Shown here in pieces: positions 29,172 through 44,122 of a stretch of DNA of 64,000 nucleotides (within the stretch, counting starts at the first letter, position 1; the number at the start of each line of letters is the position of its first letter). Both the position numbers and the translations under genes were made by a program. The stretch lies in NCBI RefSeq assembly GCF_006345805.1, contig NC_043004.1, positions 99,572,001-99,636,000 on the forward strand, read 5' to 3'. Origin of the DNA: Octopus sinensis (taxonomy: Eukaryota). The notes below the pieces were generated by a model. That model did not search any database. It was not told where the DNA came from and worked only from the letters and a program-made list of their open reading frames with translations.

Positions 29172-30275
29172 TTCTAGAGTCACTCATAGGTGGTTATTTT
29201 CCCTGTCTTAATAAAATGAATGCCACTGAATTTGGCGAGCTATCAAAAACATATTGCGTTGCATATCTCAAGATTCAGAGCGCTTTAAAAAGTAATAAAT
29301 AAAATCTGTGAAGAATGTTTTGCTTTATTTGAGAAAGGGCTGCCTATGATACCAAAGAAATCGTAATGCATTTCAGAAACACCTGAGCCAACAAGGTAGG
29401 CCATGAAGTTGTATGATCTGCTAGAAATTGAATGGAAATCTTTGAATTACAAGCTACTATCTTAAATATACACAGTCGATGTAGTACCTGATATAAAAAA
29501 TATGAAGAATTGTCATTGTTGGATCAGAGGTCAACTCAGTTTGCGTTGACCTTTGGGTAAACAGCAGCAATATTAACAAAAATTATAACAACATATAGAC
29601 AACGTTTCATTTGACGTTTGATAGTGTGCCCTTTAGACCCCTAATGGCTAGCTCCTCAAAATAGCATTAAATTAATACTTTAATTAAATAAATGGTCTTT
29701 TATTATGGGAGATGATACCCCGTCATGGAAGGGTTAAGCTATATGTTCTGTATGTTAAAGAAGTTAAGAAGGACGTCTGACTGCCATATTTAGCGGGTTC
29801 GCTATAACTACTGAGAAGGCTTCTCCTTGATTTCACTACCTAATTAGGAGGCTTCTACGTGGTCATTGGTAATGGTAAAAAGGGCAGCTAAATTCCTAAG
29901 AAATAACACTTCAACATATAAGACAATTTAATTTGCTTTAAAATTAGGTGGGGTGCCCCAGAACTTTATGAAGATCATACTCTCTAATGTGTTCTTCTGT
30001 TTATGGAATGGCACGATGTTGTTTGAAGAGAATTTAGCTGCTATTTCTAGCCATTCTAATATACTGCTCGCTGTAGACGTATTATGTTGTACAGTATTAT
30101 CTGAATGTAGGGCATGGGTTACGTATCAGTCTGCAATGGACAGACATAAAAGCACTATTTCAGTAAATGTGGCTACATCATCCATGGCAGTGTTGAATAT
30201 AAAGCTGACAACGATGCTGATGCCTAATGGGTAATATGTTAATAATACTGAAGATGATGGTGATGGACATAGTTA

Positions 30276-30322
<47 letters not shown>

Positions 30323-31313
30323 ATGATATTCACGATGACGACAGAAATACATAACGCCAACAAAGACGAACAATGGACAATGGATATTTACTGCAGTAGT
30401 AATAGCGGTTGGCAATGCTGATGTTCTTGTTGTCGGCGCTTTTATAGTTGGTGTTGTTGTTGTTGTTGTTGTTATTGCTAATATTGGTATTGGCAGTAGT
30501 TTTGGTAGTGGTGGCGGTGGAGGTGATGGCACAGGCGATGGTAGAAAGTGTGGGTGGCAGTGGTGATTTCGAGTTAGTGATTACAGTGGCGGTGAGACGG
30601 TGGATTTGCGAAGTCTTTAAATGGCCTAATATACAGATTATATCGGATGGAGATTTTATTCGACTCATTTAGACTGATACATCGATGTGTCTATAATAAG
30701 TACTTATTGCATTAGCAGATTCCATCGAACCATTGTCATCAACGAAGAAATCAGAATGCCTCTTCTGTAGACGTTAATGATAATTGAACGTCATGAAAAG
30801 GAACCATCAATGCAAGAAATTCCTCAGAATGCATTAGGGAGTTTTTCAATATAGCTGTGTATATTGTATAGAAGTATGAATGAGTGTATGTGTCCGTATA
30901 TACATACAAATATACATTCATACTTACGTTCAAATATACAAACACAAAAGAAGACATACGCATATTCATATATCTGTGTATAGAGACAGATGGGTGGGGA
31001 GAGAGAGAGAGAGAGAGAGAATATTTGAGAATAGAGTGGCGACGTTTCTAAGTATGCGCTTGTGAATGTAAGCATGTTATATTAATATGAATATGATACA
31101 CGTAGCTGTCCTTACATATATACACGCAGACGCACATACATATGCAAGTGATATAGATGTATATATATATATTCTTAGAGAAGATTTATGTAGGTATACA
31201 TAGATTTTTAGTATATAAACACACATACACGAATACATATTAGTAGACATATATGTATGCATACATATATTTATATGTATATGCTAATATAGCTATATCT
31301 ATATATACATATG

Positions 31314-31347
<34 letters not shown>

Positions 31348-31385
31348 CATATATGTAACGATATATATATATGCATATATATATG

Positions 31386-31427
<42 letters not shown>

Positions 31428-31461
31428 TATACATATACACACCTATATATATACATATATA

Positions 31462-31505
<44 letters not shown>

Positions 31506-32494
31506 ATGCCTGCATGTATGTATCTATGCATGCATGCATACATGTATGTATGTATAAACACTGCACATACATATCTTTTTTTTCCATATAATAACACTCG
31601 GCATTCTCATATTTCTTTACTCGCTTCATATTTTTATAGCATTCTTATTTCCTTTTCTCTGCTCTCTCTTTCCTTTTTATTGTCGTTGTTTACGTCTTTC
31701 TTACTATTTGTATTTGTTACCGAATCTTGTTACCGGATTCTTTCAGCAGACATCTTCAGTCAAATACAACTTTGCAAAGACGACAATTTTTTTTCCCAAT
31801 GCTGCTATATAGCTTTATTTAAAAGCTGTTTTGTGAAGTTCACAACTCAATTAACAAGTTTCTAGTTTAGTAAACACTTAGAACATATGTAATATAAAAT
31901 CCAGTAATAGACCACACATATACCTCTATTCTGTCCATACATCTTCCTTCATAAGTATATGAAAAATGGAATGAAACTAAACACTCTACTTACATCTGGT
32001 GTTTGAAAGAATATGATACAGCTTCCGATATCATTGGGAAGGTCATCAAGAGATACATACTATACAGAAATAGTTCAATATTGATCCTCCAACTGAGTAT
32101 CTCTCAGAAAGTTACATAATATGTTGAGTCTTCGATATGTAATTTGTGATTCATTAGAAGATTAGCTTGGGAAGATTACCTCATGATACATGAAAGCCCT
32201 AGTTAAGTAATTCAGAAGAATCCTCGTCTTTTTATCACTCTACACTTGTTTAAATAGTGACTTCCCTTCGTGTAGTCTAAGAGATTATATTTATCGGTAC
32301 CTTACAGTTTTATAAACCTTATATCTCCATTCGCATTTGGATATAGTTTCTTTTCTTTTTTTTACTGTGGAGATGTACTTGCATAGCTAGTATCTTGATG
32401 CGAAATGTTTTGCTGAAACTAACTAATTAGCTGAAAAAACATTAGTTAAGCATTCAAAAACACACAAAGACCGTCACCTTTACTTAAATATTTG

Positions 32495-33792
32495 CGAAAG
32501 GGTACCCAAACGTAACCGAAAATGTTCTCTGTGGAACAACCTCATTCTAGTTCGGGTTTCAGCCGCTACAAGCCACTTGATGCAACCCTCAAGCCTCAGT
32601 GTGACGACCTGTTTCGTCCGGACATTATAGTGCTATGTGGTGCATCTTTGTTTTGCAGTCGTTCTCCTCTGTTTGTCAATTTTTGCGATGGTTGAAACGA
32701 AGGAACAGCGTGCTTTAGTGAAAGTCTGTTTTCTGCTGAGGAAAACGACGGTTGAAGCAGTGTTTATGCTTCAAACAGCTTACAAGGAAGCTGCCTTGAG
32801 CAAAAGAAAGTTTACAAGTGGTTTCCACGTTTTAAGAATCATCACTTGCCATTTGAAAACTGACCTCGTTCTGAACGACCGTCGACCTCGCAAACGAATG
32901 AAACATTATGAAAATTGATGAATTGATCTTTGAGGATCGTCACCCGACCAACTGACGAACTTGTTGACATGACTAGTGTGTCCTTTAGCTCATGCCAACG
33001 AATTTTGAGCAAGGAATTGCGAATAAAAAGAGCGGAAGAAAAATATGAAAAAAACAAAGCGGAAGAACAAAAGCAGTCACGACTGAATGCCTGTATTGAA
33101 GTGAAAAGGCAGTTGGAAGTTGACCCGGACGATCTTTCGAAGGTCATTACAGGTGACGAAAGCTGGTGTCACGGCTACAACCTGGAAACGAAGCAGCAAG
33201 CAAGTCAATGGCAACATTCGAGGTCACCACGGCCCCCCAAAACCCCGCCAAATCCAACGTGAACTTGATGTTGATATGTCTCATCAATGTGAAAGGAATT
33301 GTCCACTAACAATTTGTTCCTTCTGGTCAAACTGTTAACAAGACATTTTACTTGGCAGCTCTGAAGCGTTTGCAAGACGCGATGAAACGAAAAGGCTCCA
33401 ACCTGTGCCAAAATGGGGAGTGGTCGTTTCATCACGACAATGCACCTAATCACACCACCTTGTGTGTGAGACAGTTTTTGACCAAAAATGGTATGATATC
33501 GCTTACCCACTCTCCCTATTTGCCCGATCTTGTTCTCTGCGACTGCTTTTTGTGCCACGAATAAGAAAAGTCGCTTTGCAGATGTGGAAGAGGTGGAGGA
33601 AAAGACGACAGAGGCGTTAAAAAGAATCACTTCATAAGAGTCCCAGGACTGCTTCGAACAGTGGAAAACTCGTCCGGACCGATGCACTGCTTCAAATGGA
33701 GAATACTTTGAAGGCGATAAAAGTACAAACATGTACATCGAAGTGAATAAAACAATATTGCAAAAATTACGTTTTCTTTTGGGTAACCCTCG
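32495..33792 (+). mobile_element. Mariner (DD34D) transposon, ~1.3 kb, decayed
   Basis: TIR-like ends cgaaagggtacccaaacgtaac and gttttcttttgggtaaccctcg|TA, with transposase fragments inside. Confidence 0.92.
32688..33720 (+). pseudogene. Mariner transposase pseudogene
   Basis: EQRALVKVCF, VITGDESW and HHDNAPNH...HSPYLPDLVLCD (34 residues between the last two catalytic D). Split over several frames. Confidence 0.92.
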
Positions 33793-35077
33793 TATTTGTA
33801 ATATGGCGACGAATTTTTCGTCGCTCGAAACCGCGACCGGTTCACTGAGGAGAAACAGAAAACTTTTTGCCAAGGAAGAGTTCGAGGTTTGAGCAACGAA
33901 AATTTTGTCACCATATTACAAATAAATGTTTAAGTGAAGGTAGCGGTCTGTGTGTTCTGAATGGCAATCGCGTCGTTTTTTTTCCTATTCATTAAACATA
34001 TAATTTTAGGTATTTAATCGTTCACAGACCAGTGAAAATGAATAACAATCAGCAATATTTATATATAATGAGCAGTACTGTGTATAACATAATGTAACCT
34101 ATAACGCAATAGAGAGGAATTTACATGATAAATCGAACTAGGCTTATATATATATATATATGAAAAACTGTTATACCGATGATTGCTTAGCAAAAGCTCT
34201 TAGCATAATATTGTGTGTATGTGTTCGTGTGTGTGTGTGTGTTCGTGTGTGTGTGTGTGTGTATGTGTGTGTGTGTGTGTGTGTGTGAATGAGTATGTGC
34301 ATAAATGTGCTGCGCCTATGCTTATGAATCTATGTACACTTAGAACAATTTCATCCTTTGAAGTAAAGATTATTTTTACTTAGATTCTATTATCTCAATA
34401 TCTATGTGGTCATTCTCTGTGTTTCTGTTTATAAACCTATCTAACATACGAACACATACACAAATTCTAACCCATACTACACTTACATACATACATACGT
34501 ACATACATATATACATACATGTACGTGTGTGTTAGTGTGTATGTGGGGTGGGGTGCTTAGATTGGCAATACTTGTACTTTTGAGCACATCGTTGTAGAAG
34601 ATTACAGATATTCATTTATTCTGAATCTTTGAACAGTATGAGTCATAAATTAATTATTTGTGGTTGGCGTGGTTGTTTCTATTGGATAGAAATGAAAATA
34701 TTGGGGTGGCATGAGATGTGCCACATTTTTTTAGCCCATTCACATATATGACCCAGAGAAAGAGAGAAAGCGAGAGAAAGCGAGAGAGGAGAATGTGAGA
34801 GAATTGGAGAAAGCGTTTGAGAGGGAGGATGAGACAGATTAGTTACAGTACTTGACTGGTACGTTATTTATCTAACAACAAGCGGATGAAAAATAATTTT
34901 GGTCTAGGTGGGATTTGAACTCAGGTTACATGGATCAAGATCACATAATGCAAAGTGTTATATGCGGCAAAGTATCATATGCGGCTTTGTTGTGAATTGA
35001 ATAACTTAATTACTGAACGGAAACATGCACAAACAGAGACGTCTTTTCCCTTTCATACACATATATATATATATGAA

Positions 35078-35200
35078 TCTGAATGTTCTTAGAATCCACC
35101 CAGCCAGTCGTCTGCACTTTGTCGCCATCCTGGTAATGTGCACTTGGAAAGAGGTATCATCACTCATGTCGATACCCAGGTCCCTCACAGACTTAGGCTT
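35078..35200 (-). mobile_element. 123-bp internal CR1-like LINE fragment between (TA)n tracts
   Basis: Matches 508-630 with 3 differences counted by eye. Confidence 0.85.
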
Positions 35201-35216
35201 ATATATATATATATAC

Positions 35217-35284
<68 letters not shown>

Positions 35285-35355
35285 ATACACATATAATATA
35301 TATGTATACATATATATATATATACACATATAATATATATGTATACATATATATA

Positions 35356-35408
<53 letters not shown>

Positions 35409-35949
35409 TACATATATACACATATATATACATATATATACATATATACATATATATATATGATTGATTGATTGATTCTAGTTTCAGCTCATGAGCTGTG
35501 GCCATGCTAGGGCACCGCCATTTGCGCAAGAATGTGAGTGCGTATTTATTTGCAAGTAATTCGAATGCATCTCAGTGTCTGTTTGTATCCACCACAAAAA
35601 CTTCAAGCTCTCTCTTTCACCATACATGCGCGTAAAGAAATTCCAATGGCTGGAAACTTAGCTGAAAAATCACTGGGTCTCGATCGTATACCCTACGATC
35701 TTTACTGTTTCAAGCCAAACTTTCTCACTAATGTCTTGACAGTTATGTATTAAAACTGATGATAGACTTGGAATATTTTACATTCTTTGTTTCACATAGA
35801 TTCTGTTTAAGTTCCTCAACAAGATTTTGGCACTTAACGCCAGTAGTTTAATCGGAGTAAAAAAAAAATGTGTTGAATTCGAAATTTCACCTCATGTGAT
35901 ACATATCAGAAAGGACCAGTACGTCTTTGTTAGAATTCTGATAAATTAA

Positions 35950-36155
35950 AGTGGCGAGCTGGTAGAAACACCGGGCGAAATGCTTAGCGTTGTTTCGTCT
36001 GTCTTTACGTTCTGAGTTCAAATTCTGCCGAGGTTGACTTTACTTTTCATCCTTTCGGGGTGGATGATTTAAGTAGTAGTTGCGTACTGGTGTCGATCTA
36101 ATCGACTGCTCCCCTTCCCAAAAATTTCGGGCCTTGTGCCTAGAGTAGAAAAGAA
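35950..36155 (+). mobile_element. SINE family 1 (alternative 3' tail)
   Basis: ggcgagctggtagaa...gagttcaaattctgccgagg...aaatttcgggccttgtgcctagagtagaaaagaa. Confidence 0.8.
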
Positions 36156-38751
36156 CTCTAATAAATTCAGAGCAGAGTAAACTGTATTACAGGTACTACA
36201 GGTTCCTTTTCCGCTATCTATGAGGTACCTTCATGCCATAGAAGATACAGTTTGTATTTGTATTATACTGCTATGGTATCGAAGACATCAAAACTCAGGA
36301 TGATCACCTTTTTCGGAGAATCGACGAGAAAGGTCTGAGCCATTCATAGAAGACCTTCAGATCGAGTATTCTGACTAATTTCCAAATATCCTTGATCTGA
36401 AAATGCTTCAAAGGAGTATTGCCTTATCGGAATAAACTCTACAGGCAAGGCCGTGTTAGACCCTCCACTCAATGTACCAGAAAGTAACAGGAGCATGCAT
36501 TAGATTCGATAAATGAGTGCTCTACTGTCCCTGAATCTAAGGTCTGGTTAAAGCGTTTGGGATCTACTTGAAACCATATCATTTGATGTATAAAACATTC
36601 TTGATGTTGTGAGAAAGATGGCTATCCTCATTGCAACGTTGGGTGCAACCTGTCTTTATATTGACCACCCGTCTTAGTTTTCCTAGACAAGATATGCCTA
36701 AATTTGAAAGTATTGTATTCCGCTTTTGGGGGAAGGGCTAGATTTCGCTGGTCATGTGTGGCCAGCTCTCGATAAAATCGAAAATGGGGTGATACAAATT
36801 GATACACGAGACATGCATCGAGGCTAGCACATCTACGAGATTCCTTGACAAGAACGTATACGTTGAACAAGTGTGTCACCAGTCATCATATTTCCCCATG
36901 TGTGTGTGTGTGTGTGCGTATGTGTATTTATGTCTGTGTGCACGCACACGCGTGAGAATGCTTGTGTATATATAAATGTCACAAGGAAATTCAGCTTCAT
37001 CTCTTCCAGACGTGGGATATCTCTAATGGTAGTATATCTCCAGCGCCTTAGAAAAGTGTTGCGTTGAAGCAATTTAAGGTCTTAATAATGGCGATATCAT
37101 TATCATCATTAGCATTATTATCAGAATTCCCTCGTCCTTATTAAGTTATTATAGTTTACATCTTACTGCAATTCAATCAATTCATGTTAAGTGCTATATG
37201 ATAAAACAATAGTAGTTGGTGGAGGTTTTCTCAGTTAATCTTATTATAGATAGTTTGAGAAGTCTTGTTACACTATAATATATTTAATCAGCTTAGTGGA
37301 TATTAAGATAGCTTTTTGGAACAAACATTAAGATTCGCATAACTTTTTCTTGTTCTTTTTCGTTTCTTATTTTTTTTCAATATAAAGCTGCTATTTAGAT
37401 GATTTACAATTGAATATCAAAAGAGGTTTCATATAATTTTAAGCAGAACTACACACCAATAAACACATATACGAATTTATTGGAATACTCAGATGAATTC
37501 AGATAAATGTATCCAAAAATAAAATACAAAGACTTGAAAACATTTTGAAATAAAAGTAAAATAAAATGAGAATAGAATGAGAATATATCCTATAAAATAT
37601 AAAATGCATAAATATTGCCGAAGTACTTAGTCTAATTATGTATAGGCCAAAGAAAATAACGGACCTGAAATAGCAACATTGCAGTTTAGCTACTAATTCA
37701 ATACAAACTATCTAGTAAGTTGCCCGCATGACTGTTAGCAACGTCATAACATCATGAAGAATGGGAAACATTTACATCTTCAGAATTTCCTTAATAATAT
37801 TCTTGCAATGTATACTTCACTTTATACATGTGTCAGTGTTCGTGTGAGAGATGTATAATATACAAACCGTTGTTCAAGAACTGTATGTAACATTTTAGTT
37901 TAGGGTAGATTTTTGTTTAGCCTTCTCATTATGTAGCAGTGTAGTTTGTTTTGACCATTGTGAGCTGGAGTTAATATATACAATCTGAGCACTAACTTTC
38001 AATGCTGCCTGAAAGGAGATTATTTTTCCGTAAAATGATAAGTATCATTATCAACACATGCCCATTACAACGTTGCATAACCTTTGCTATCGTACCTCGA
38101 GATCCGGTACTAAATAGGTACGATGTATAGAACAGGAAGAGCATGGGAGTATGGATGTGATCTTTGATTATTTGCGTTACATTCAAGCCTTTCTATGAAC
38201 CCCGCGAAGTATCAATATGAAATTTAGAATTTCTTTAGATTTCCTTTTATATATATCCTGGACAATGATTTTTTTAGGTACATGTTTGCTAGATTTGAAG
38301 GTGTTTCTCCTCTCCTAGAGTTTCCTCCTAGAGTGTCCGTGTGAGATCATTATACAGAGAGATCTCCCTGGCTCTAACGCATTATATTTTAAACGAAGAA
38401 GCCACACTGACTTTACCTACTCCCAAGACTGAGATGCTTTCAGAAATGAAAACAAAAAACTATAAATTTGTGTGCACAACAGATATGAAGGTTCTGATTT
38501 GTAAACTCTGATGCATTCTTCTCTATGACACTCTATGAAACTCTAAGGTTTCATCAATCCCATTATACGTTTGTTTATTAGAGATTCACTCCATGATCCA
38601 CCATAATCTGGTACATCGCCAGCTGTTAGTCTTGCAGAACCTGCTCCACTGCAATATCCACCTGAGGAATTGAACTTACACAGAAAACTAATATAATCCT
38701 CATTATTTTTATATTATAACCATTTCTTATTATAACACAGATATTTTCGTA

Positions 38752-39168
38752 TACTCTTACTCTTTTACTCTTTTACTTGTTTCAGTCATTTGACTGCGGC
38801 CATGCTGGAGCACCGCCTTTAGTCGAGCAAATCGACCCCGGGACTTATTCTTTGTAAGCCCAGTACTTATTCTATCGGTCTCTTTTGCCGAACCGCTAAG
38901 TGACGGGGACGTAAACACACCAGCATCGGTTGTCAAGCAATTCTAGGGGGACAAACACAGACACACATACACGCACACACATACATATATATATATACAT
39001 ATATACGACAGGCTTCTTTCAGTTTCCGTCTACCAAATCCACTCACAAGGCATTGGTCGGCCCGGGGCTATAGCAGAAGACACTTGCCCAAGGTGCCAAG
39101 CAGTGGGACTGAACCCGGAACCATGCGGTTGGTTAGCAAGCTACTTACCACACAGCCACTCCTGCGCC
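38752..39168 (-). mobile_element. SINE family 2, young-looking copy
   Basis: Full reverse-complement match with a (tactctt)n tail. Confidence 0.88.
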
Positions 39169-40594
39169 TATGTTGCATTTCAGTAACACTTCTGCAACTC
39201 CTTCGCCTAAAATAGCATTAGAGTTAGATTGTAGGGCACAGATATTCTGTCTGGTAGTCTGATGCCTTGTCAAGTTAATATTTGGCATGATGTCACAATA
39301 TCTGGACGTAAAATAAATGAAGGACTCGTCGCTGCAAAATTTATAAAACTGTGTTGCCATTTTAACAACAAAACATGACGAAGCTTAAAATTATTTACAA
39401 AGTCATCAGCTCATAGGATCCATAAAATATGACTCGTTTAATTTTATAATTAGAATATTAAGTAAATATACTTTGTAAATATGTTTAGAGGCGAGATGCT
39501 ATGTTTGCACACTAATATTACACAAACAAAATTCCCTCATTAAAAGATACCGTCTTGTGTCTCATTCCCCACTATTACTGTGATCTCTGAAAAATATTAA
39601 CATCAAACTCACTTTCCATAATTTTATTGGTCGCAAAATATAGTTTTATCTATTGATCCTGTTCGTCACGCCTCAACTGAATTATTGAAATGATAACGGT
39701 TTCAAATTTTGGCATAAAACCTATATTTTTAGGTGAATCGGATAGTCAGTTGCTTCAACATCAGTACTTGACTGGTACTTTATTTCATCAACCCCGAAAG
39801 GATGAAAGACAAAGTCTACTTCCTAGGTGGAATTCAGAACGTGAAGATTCACTACAGATTTTGCTCAACTTGCTAACGACCTTGCCAGCTCTCTGCTTTG
39901 ACTATAAGAATGAAAATGATTACATTCTTAATATTAAAATTGCTATTACATGGATAATTACAAATAACACCTTTCATGAGTGACAAATTGTCTTTAAGAA
40001 TTTTAAAAAGCAGAAAAATCCTAGGTATAATGATGAAGATACCAAGAAAATGAAAATGATGCCATGCCAATGATAGTGTTAATAAGCTGTGAACGAGTCA
40101 TTCTACGTTGATTTCCCCTTAATTAATTATGGTGTTTATGGGTAATTAGTATATTTGACTTCGAAACTTTTACAAAGTTAGCTTGAACACGTCACTATCT
40201 ACTAGGTATAAATGTCCTTTGATCGAGTTTATTCTTTTGCAAATTATATGAGAAAACTTCTAGTTCCTTCCCAATGACGTCTGTGCTGGCCATTAGCCGC
40301 TTCAGATTTATCAGTCTAGAAGAGATGGTGCATGACGTAGATGCTGCTATTCTTCTGGTGACAATTTTCATTAACAATAATGTTTAATTAGAAGATCGTT
40401 TCTTCTTGTCATCGTCAGTCTTTCGAGTCATTCTTAATTTATCAGCTCTTTGATATTTCATATTCTGGCATTTAACACCTGGTCTTGAATATATTTACAA
40501 GTGCAATTTATAATTTAAAGTGTATGTTGTAGGTGATGTGTTATTGTTTAAGCCCATTATATTTGGAATAGTAAAAATGTATGCTGAAGTAATT

Positions 40595-40998
40595 GTTGGT
40601 CCTTATATTCATAAGCACAACTTCCAAATAGAGTTTTACCATGTAGTACCTTGGGCAAGTGATTTCTACTCTAGCCCCAGGCTGACCAACGTCTCATGGG
40701 TGTATTTGGTAGACGGAAAAGGAAAGAAATCCGCCGTATTAAAATATACATACATACATATATATATACATGTGTATGGGGATGTTTGTGCATGATTTTA
40801 TTTTTTTGTCAGTCCTACACCGCCAGTTGACAACCTGTGATGGTTTGTTTACCCCCAGAGTCCTTGCGGTTCTGTAAATATACCGACAGAATATGCACCA
40901 GGCTTAACAAATAAGTACTGGGGTAGACCAGCTCAAATAAAACCGTCCAAAGTAGTGCCCCAGCATGGCCGCACTTCAATGACTGAAACAAGTAAAAG
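40595..40998 (+). mobile_element. SINE family 2, old copy
   Basis: accttgggcaagtg, tttggtagacggaaa, cagcatggccgca, gactgaaacaagtaaaag. Confidence 0.7.
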
Positions 40999-41817
40999 CT
41001 AAATATTTTACAGTTGATGTTGAAAGCCAATTATGAAAGCATTGCAACCGTCAATGGCTTCTCTTTGGCGTATTTAAGTTTAAATTTTTAAGATGATGTA
41101 TATGATTTCAGGAAATTTGGCTTCACTTTCTAGCAAACCGAATGGACACCTTAAGGCAATATCGGTGATGTGTAGGTTGTCGCGCTTCTTTTTCTAGTCA
41201 GTGTACAACGATTATAATATCCAATGTATGCTTCTTTCTTTTTTTTTTTCGAAACCTGTGGGGTGTGATTTCAGCGAATTTGGTTGGCATTTCTGACAAG
41301 ACAAGCGACTACGTTGAGGTAACTTCGTCGTAATGTTATTTGTCACAGAATACTTATGATGTTATGATATACTCCATATATACTTTTTAAAAATGTTTTC
41401 AAGAATTATCTTTGTTAACCTACAACCCCTGACTACATTCGTACATTTCAAAACAGGATCTAGACCGACAAGGATTACACATTAATATTCATGAGCTTAG
41501 ATATGATTACCTCTTTCTTTGCCTGAGTAATAAACAGTGAGCGATGTATTTTTGCACTTAGCTCAATAATAGGGATTTGTATTTGTTTTAGTGGAGAAAT
41601 AGCAAGTGGCATTTCATTTTGCCTCTGTTGTGAATAGTAGGAATTCAACTGAGAAAATATATTACTAGTTTCCCGATTTTTTAATATGTAAAGGTAAAAC
41701 TGGCCTTGCTAGAATTTGAACTCAGAATATAAACGTATGTAAATAGATATTATAATGAATTTATATTGCACTCTAGGGTTATAAAAATAATATAAAATGT
41801 TATACATTTCAATATAT

Positions 41818-42123
41818 GGAGGCACATGGCCTAGTGGTTAGAGCAGCGGTCGAGGGATCGTGGGTTCGAATCTCAGACCGGGCGATGTGTGCGTTTATGA
41901 GCGAAACACCTAAGCTCCACGCGGCTCCGGCAGAAGGTAATGGCAAACCTCTGCTGACACTTTCTCCCCAAATTCCTCTTACTCTTTCCTCCTGCATCTT
42001 GCGGCTCACCAGCAACGGACCGGCGTGCCGTCCAAGTGGGGAATCTATACGCCAAGGAAACCGGGGGGAAACCGGCCCTTACGAGCCAGGCGTGACACGA
42101 GAAGGAACAAACAACAACAACAG
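41818..42123 (+). mobile_element. tRNA-derived SINE, family 3
   Basis: A box tggcctagtgg, B box ggttcgaatct, (caa)n tail. Possible TSD ttcaatat at 41808-41815 and 42124-42131. Confidence 0.85.
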
Positions 42124-42700
42124 TTCAATATTGAATTGCTATCATTATTATCATTTACGCTATTCGATCAAAGTTTTAAACGTCATCAATTATTTCATTT
42201 CGTTTCGGCTATTGTAGGATTTTAAAAAAAAGGATTCAAATTGTGACTTTTTAAAGGTAGTAGGTGAGATGAGCGGAAATTGTTTGCTATTTGTACCAGA
42301 TAGAGCGTTCGCATAAATACAGCTCGATGTTTAATTTAGTACAGTGTAAGGGATACACTAAATAAATGGTACCCTATTTAATAGGTTTGCTTCTTGGTTA
42401 TGCATTATAACCTGATCTATGATTTATTATCCTTTTTGGCTGAAAAAATTTGCGTTGTTTCTTTGGGCATGCGATGCAGTAAATGAGAACTTTTTGTTTT
42501 GCAATTTATATTAAATTTAAGATTTCATTCCTTCCGCTTCTTGAATGATTTCAAGTAACTCAAACGTCTCCCGTCAAAGATTACCACATTTTGTTACATG
42601 CACGGTCTCATGTTCTACCCTTGACAAAACAAAAGTATTTTCCTATTTCCGAGCGCGCCCGAGCATGTGTGCGTGCGTATGTGTATTTGTGTGTGTGTGT

Positions 42701-42732
<32 letters not shown>

Positions 42733-42987
42733 ATGTTCGTGTGTGCGTATGTGAGTAAATTAAGAGATCTTAATATAATTAATAATTATTAATTCAAGAC
42801 AATAGTTCTTCAGATATTGTCACACTTTCAAGAATTTCACCAACAACATTTCCCATAACACTAAGAAAGAGATACTAGGTATATACACACGTGTGCGTAC
42901 AGGCACACATACATGCCTTTATATGTGTGTGTGTGTGTGTGTATGTGTGAGCAAGCGCGGGTATGTATATGTAATTTTCTTCTTAAG

Positions 42988-43310
42988 GAGCCCTCTGTCG
43001 GTTACGACTGTGAGGGTCCCAGGGGATATGATCAACGGAACAGTTTGCTCGGGAATTTAACGTGTAAGTGGCTGAGCAATCCACAGACATGTGTACCCAT
43101 AACATAGTTCTCGGGGAGATTCAGAGTCACACAGATTGTGACAAGGCTGGCCCATTGATATACAGGTACACCTCAGTTTGGCCAGCTGAGTGAACTGGAG
43201 CAACGTGGAATAGAGTATCTTGCTCAAAGGCACAATACGTCGCCGGGAATTGAACTCACGACTTTACGATCATGAGTCGAATGCCCTAACCACTAAGTCA
43301 CACACCTTCA
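42988..43310 (-). mobile_element. tRNA-derived SINE sharing its 3' part with 1988-2320
   Basis: gtcggttacga...gatcaacggaacag...ccacagacatgtgtaccc, with head ccctaaccactaag. Confidence 0.75.
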
Positions 43311-43380
43311 CTATATGTATATATATACATATGTATATAATGGATATGTATGTGTATGTATATATACATACATACATATA

Positions 43381-43411
<31 letters not shown>

Positions 43412-43436
43412 CATATATATATTATACATATATATA

Positions 43437-43660
43437 GGCGTGGGAGCGGCTGTGTGTAAGTAGCTTGCTTACGAACTACATGGTTCTACAAGTGTCTTCT
43501 ACTATAGCTCGGGCCGACCAAAGCCTTGTGAGTGGATTTGGTAGACGGAAACTGAAAGAAGCTCGTCGTATATATGTTTATATATATGTATGCATGTGTA
43601 TACGTTTGTGTGTCAGTGTTTATTCCCCCACATCGCTTGGATTGAAACAAGTAAAAGAGT
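43437..43660 (+). mobile_element. SINE family 2, internally deleted
   Basis: gggccgaccaaagccttgtgagtggatttggtagacggaaactg, tail gaaacaagtaaaagag. Confidence 0.75.
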
Positions 43661-43675
43661 ATATATATGTATATA

Positions 43676-43713
<38 letters not shown>

Positions 43714-43717
<4 letters not shown>

Positions 43718-43873
43718 TCTCTCTCCTTTTTTTTTCTTTTTTCTGTGTCCCTTTCTGTAGAAGAGCGTAGGCTCTAAACGTAAAAGACTTTTTCTATTCC
43801 TGTACGTTATACTAATACTTCTGTTAGTTTTTTACACCACCTGTCTTAGTGTTTTGTTTTTTTCATGAACTCT

Positions 43874-43877
<4 letters not shown>
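43714..43877 (+). mobile_element. Hammerhead-bearing short repeat, family A, copy 4
   Basis: Lies between (TA)n tracts. Motif 43751-43786 reads cttt-CTGTAGA-A-GAGC gtag GCTC-TAAAC-GTA-aaag; catalytic G12 is T at 43775. Confidence 0.8.
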
Positions 43878-43932
<55 letters not shown>

Positions 43933-44011
43933 ATTCGAGACAAAACCACTATTTTAAAATCAACAAGGAAAGACTTAATACATAAAATTTTAATATAAAT
44001 TAAATAAACCG

Positions 44012-44055
44012 CCACTACAATTGTTTCATGTCTGCTACCGACATTCTTCAGGTGA
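44012..44055 (-). ncRNA. Minimal type I hammerhead ribozyme (family B, left arm)
   Basis: Minus strand reads tcac-CTGAAGA-ATGTC ggtagca GACAT-GAAAC-AATT-GTA-gtgg. Canonical core with a palindromic loop III. Confidence 0.85.
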
Positions 44056-44122
44056 ATTTCGATCTTCTAATCAGTATCAAATTATGACTTCATAATTTGA
44101 TACTGATTAGAAGATCGAAAAT

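Larger units (their letters stand above)
32451..33963. mobile_element. Older palindromic MITE split by the mariner insertion
   Basis: 32451-32493 joined to 33793-33838 is the reverse complement of 33880-33963. Confidence 0.7.

Noticed and set aside
41818-41885. tRNA gene
   Set aside because: A and B boxes are present but there is no full cloverleaf; it is a SINE head continuous with a repeat body and tail.
42790-42840. Possible minus-strand UUGAAA hammerhead
   Set aside because: No GAAA-helix III or stem II can be formed.
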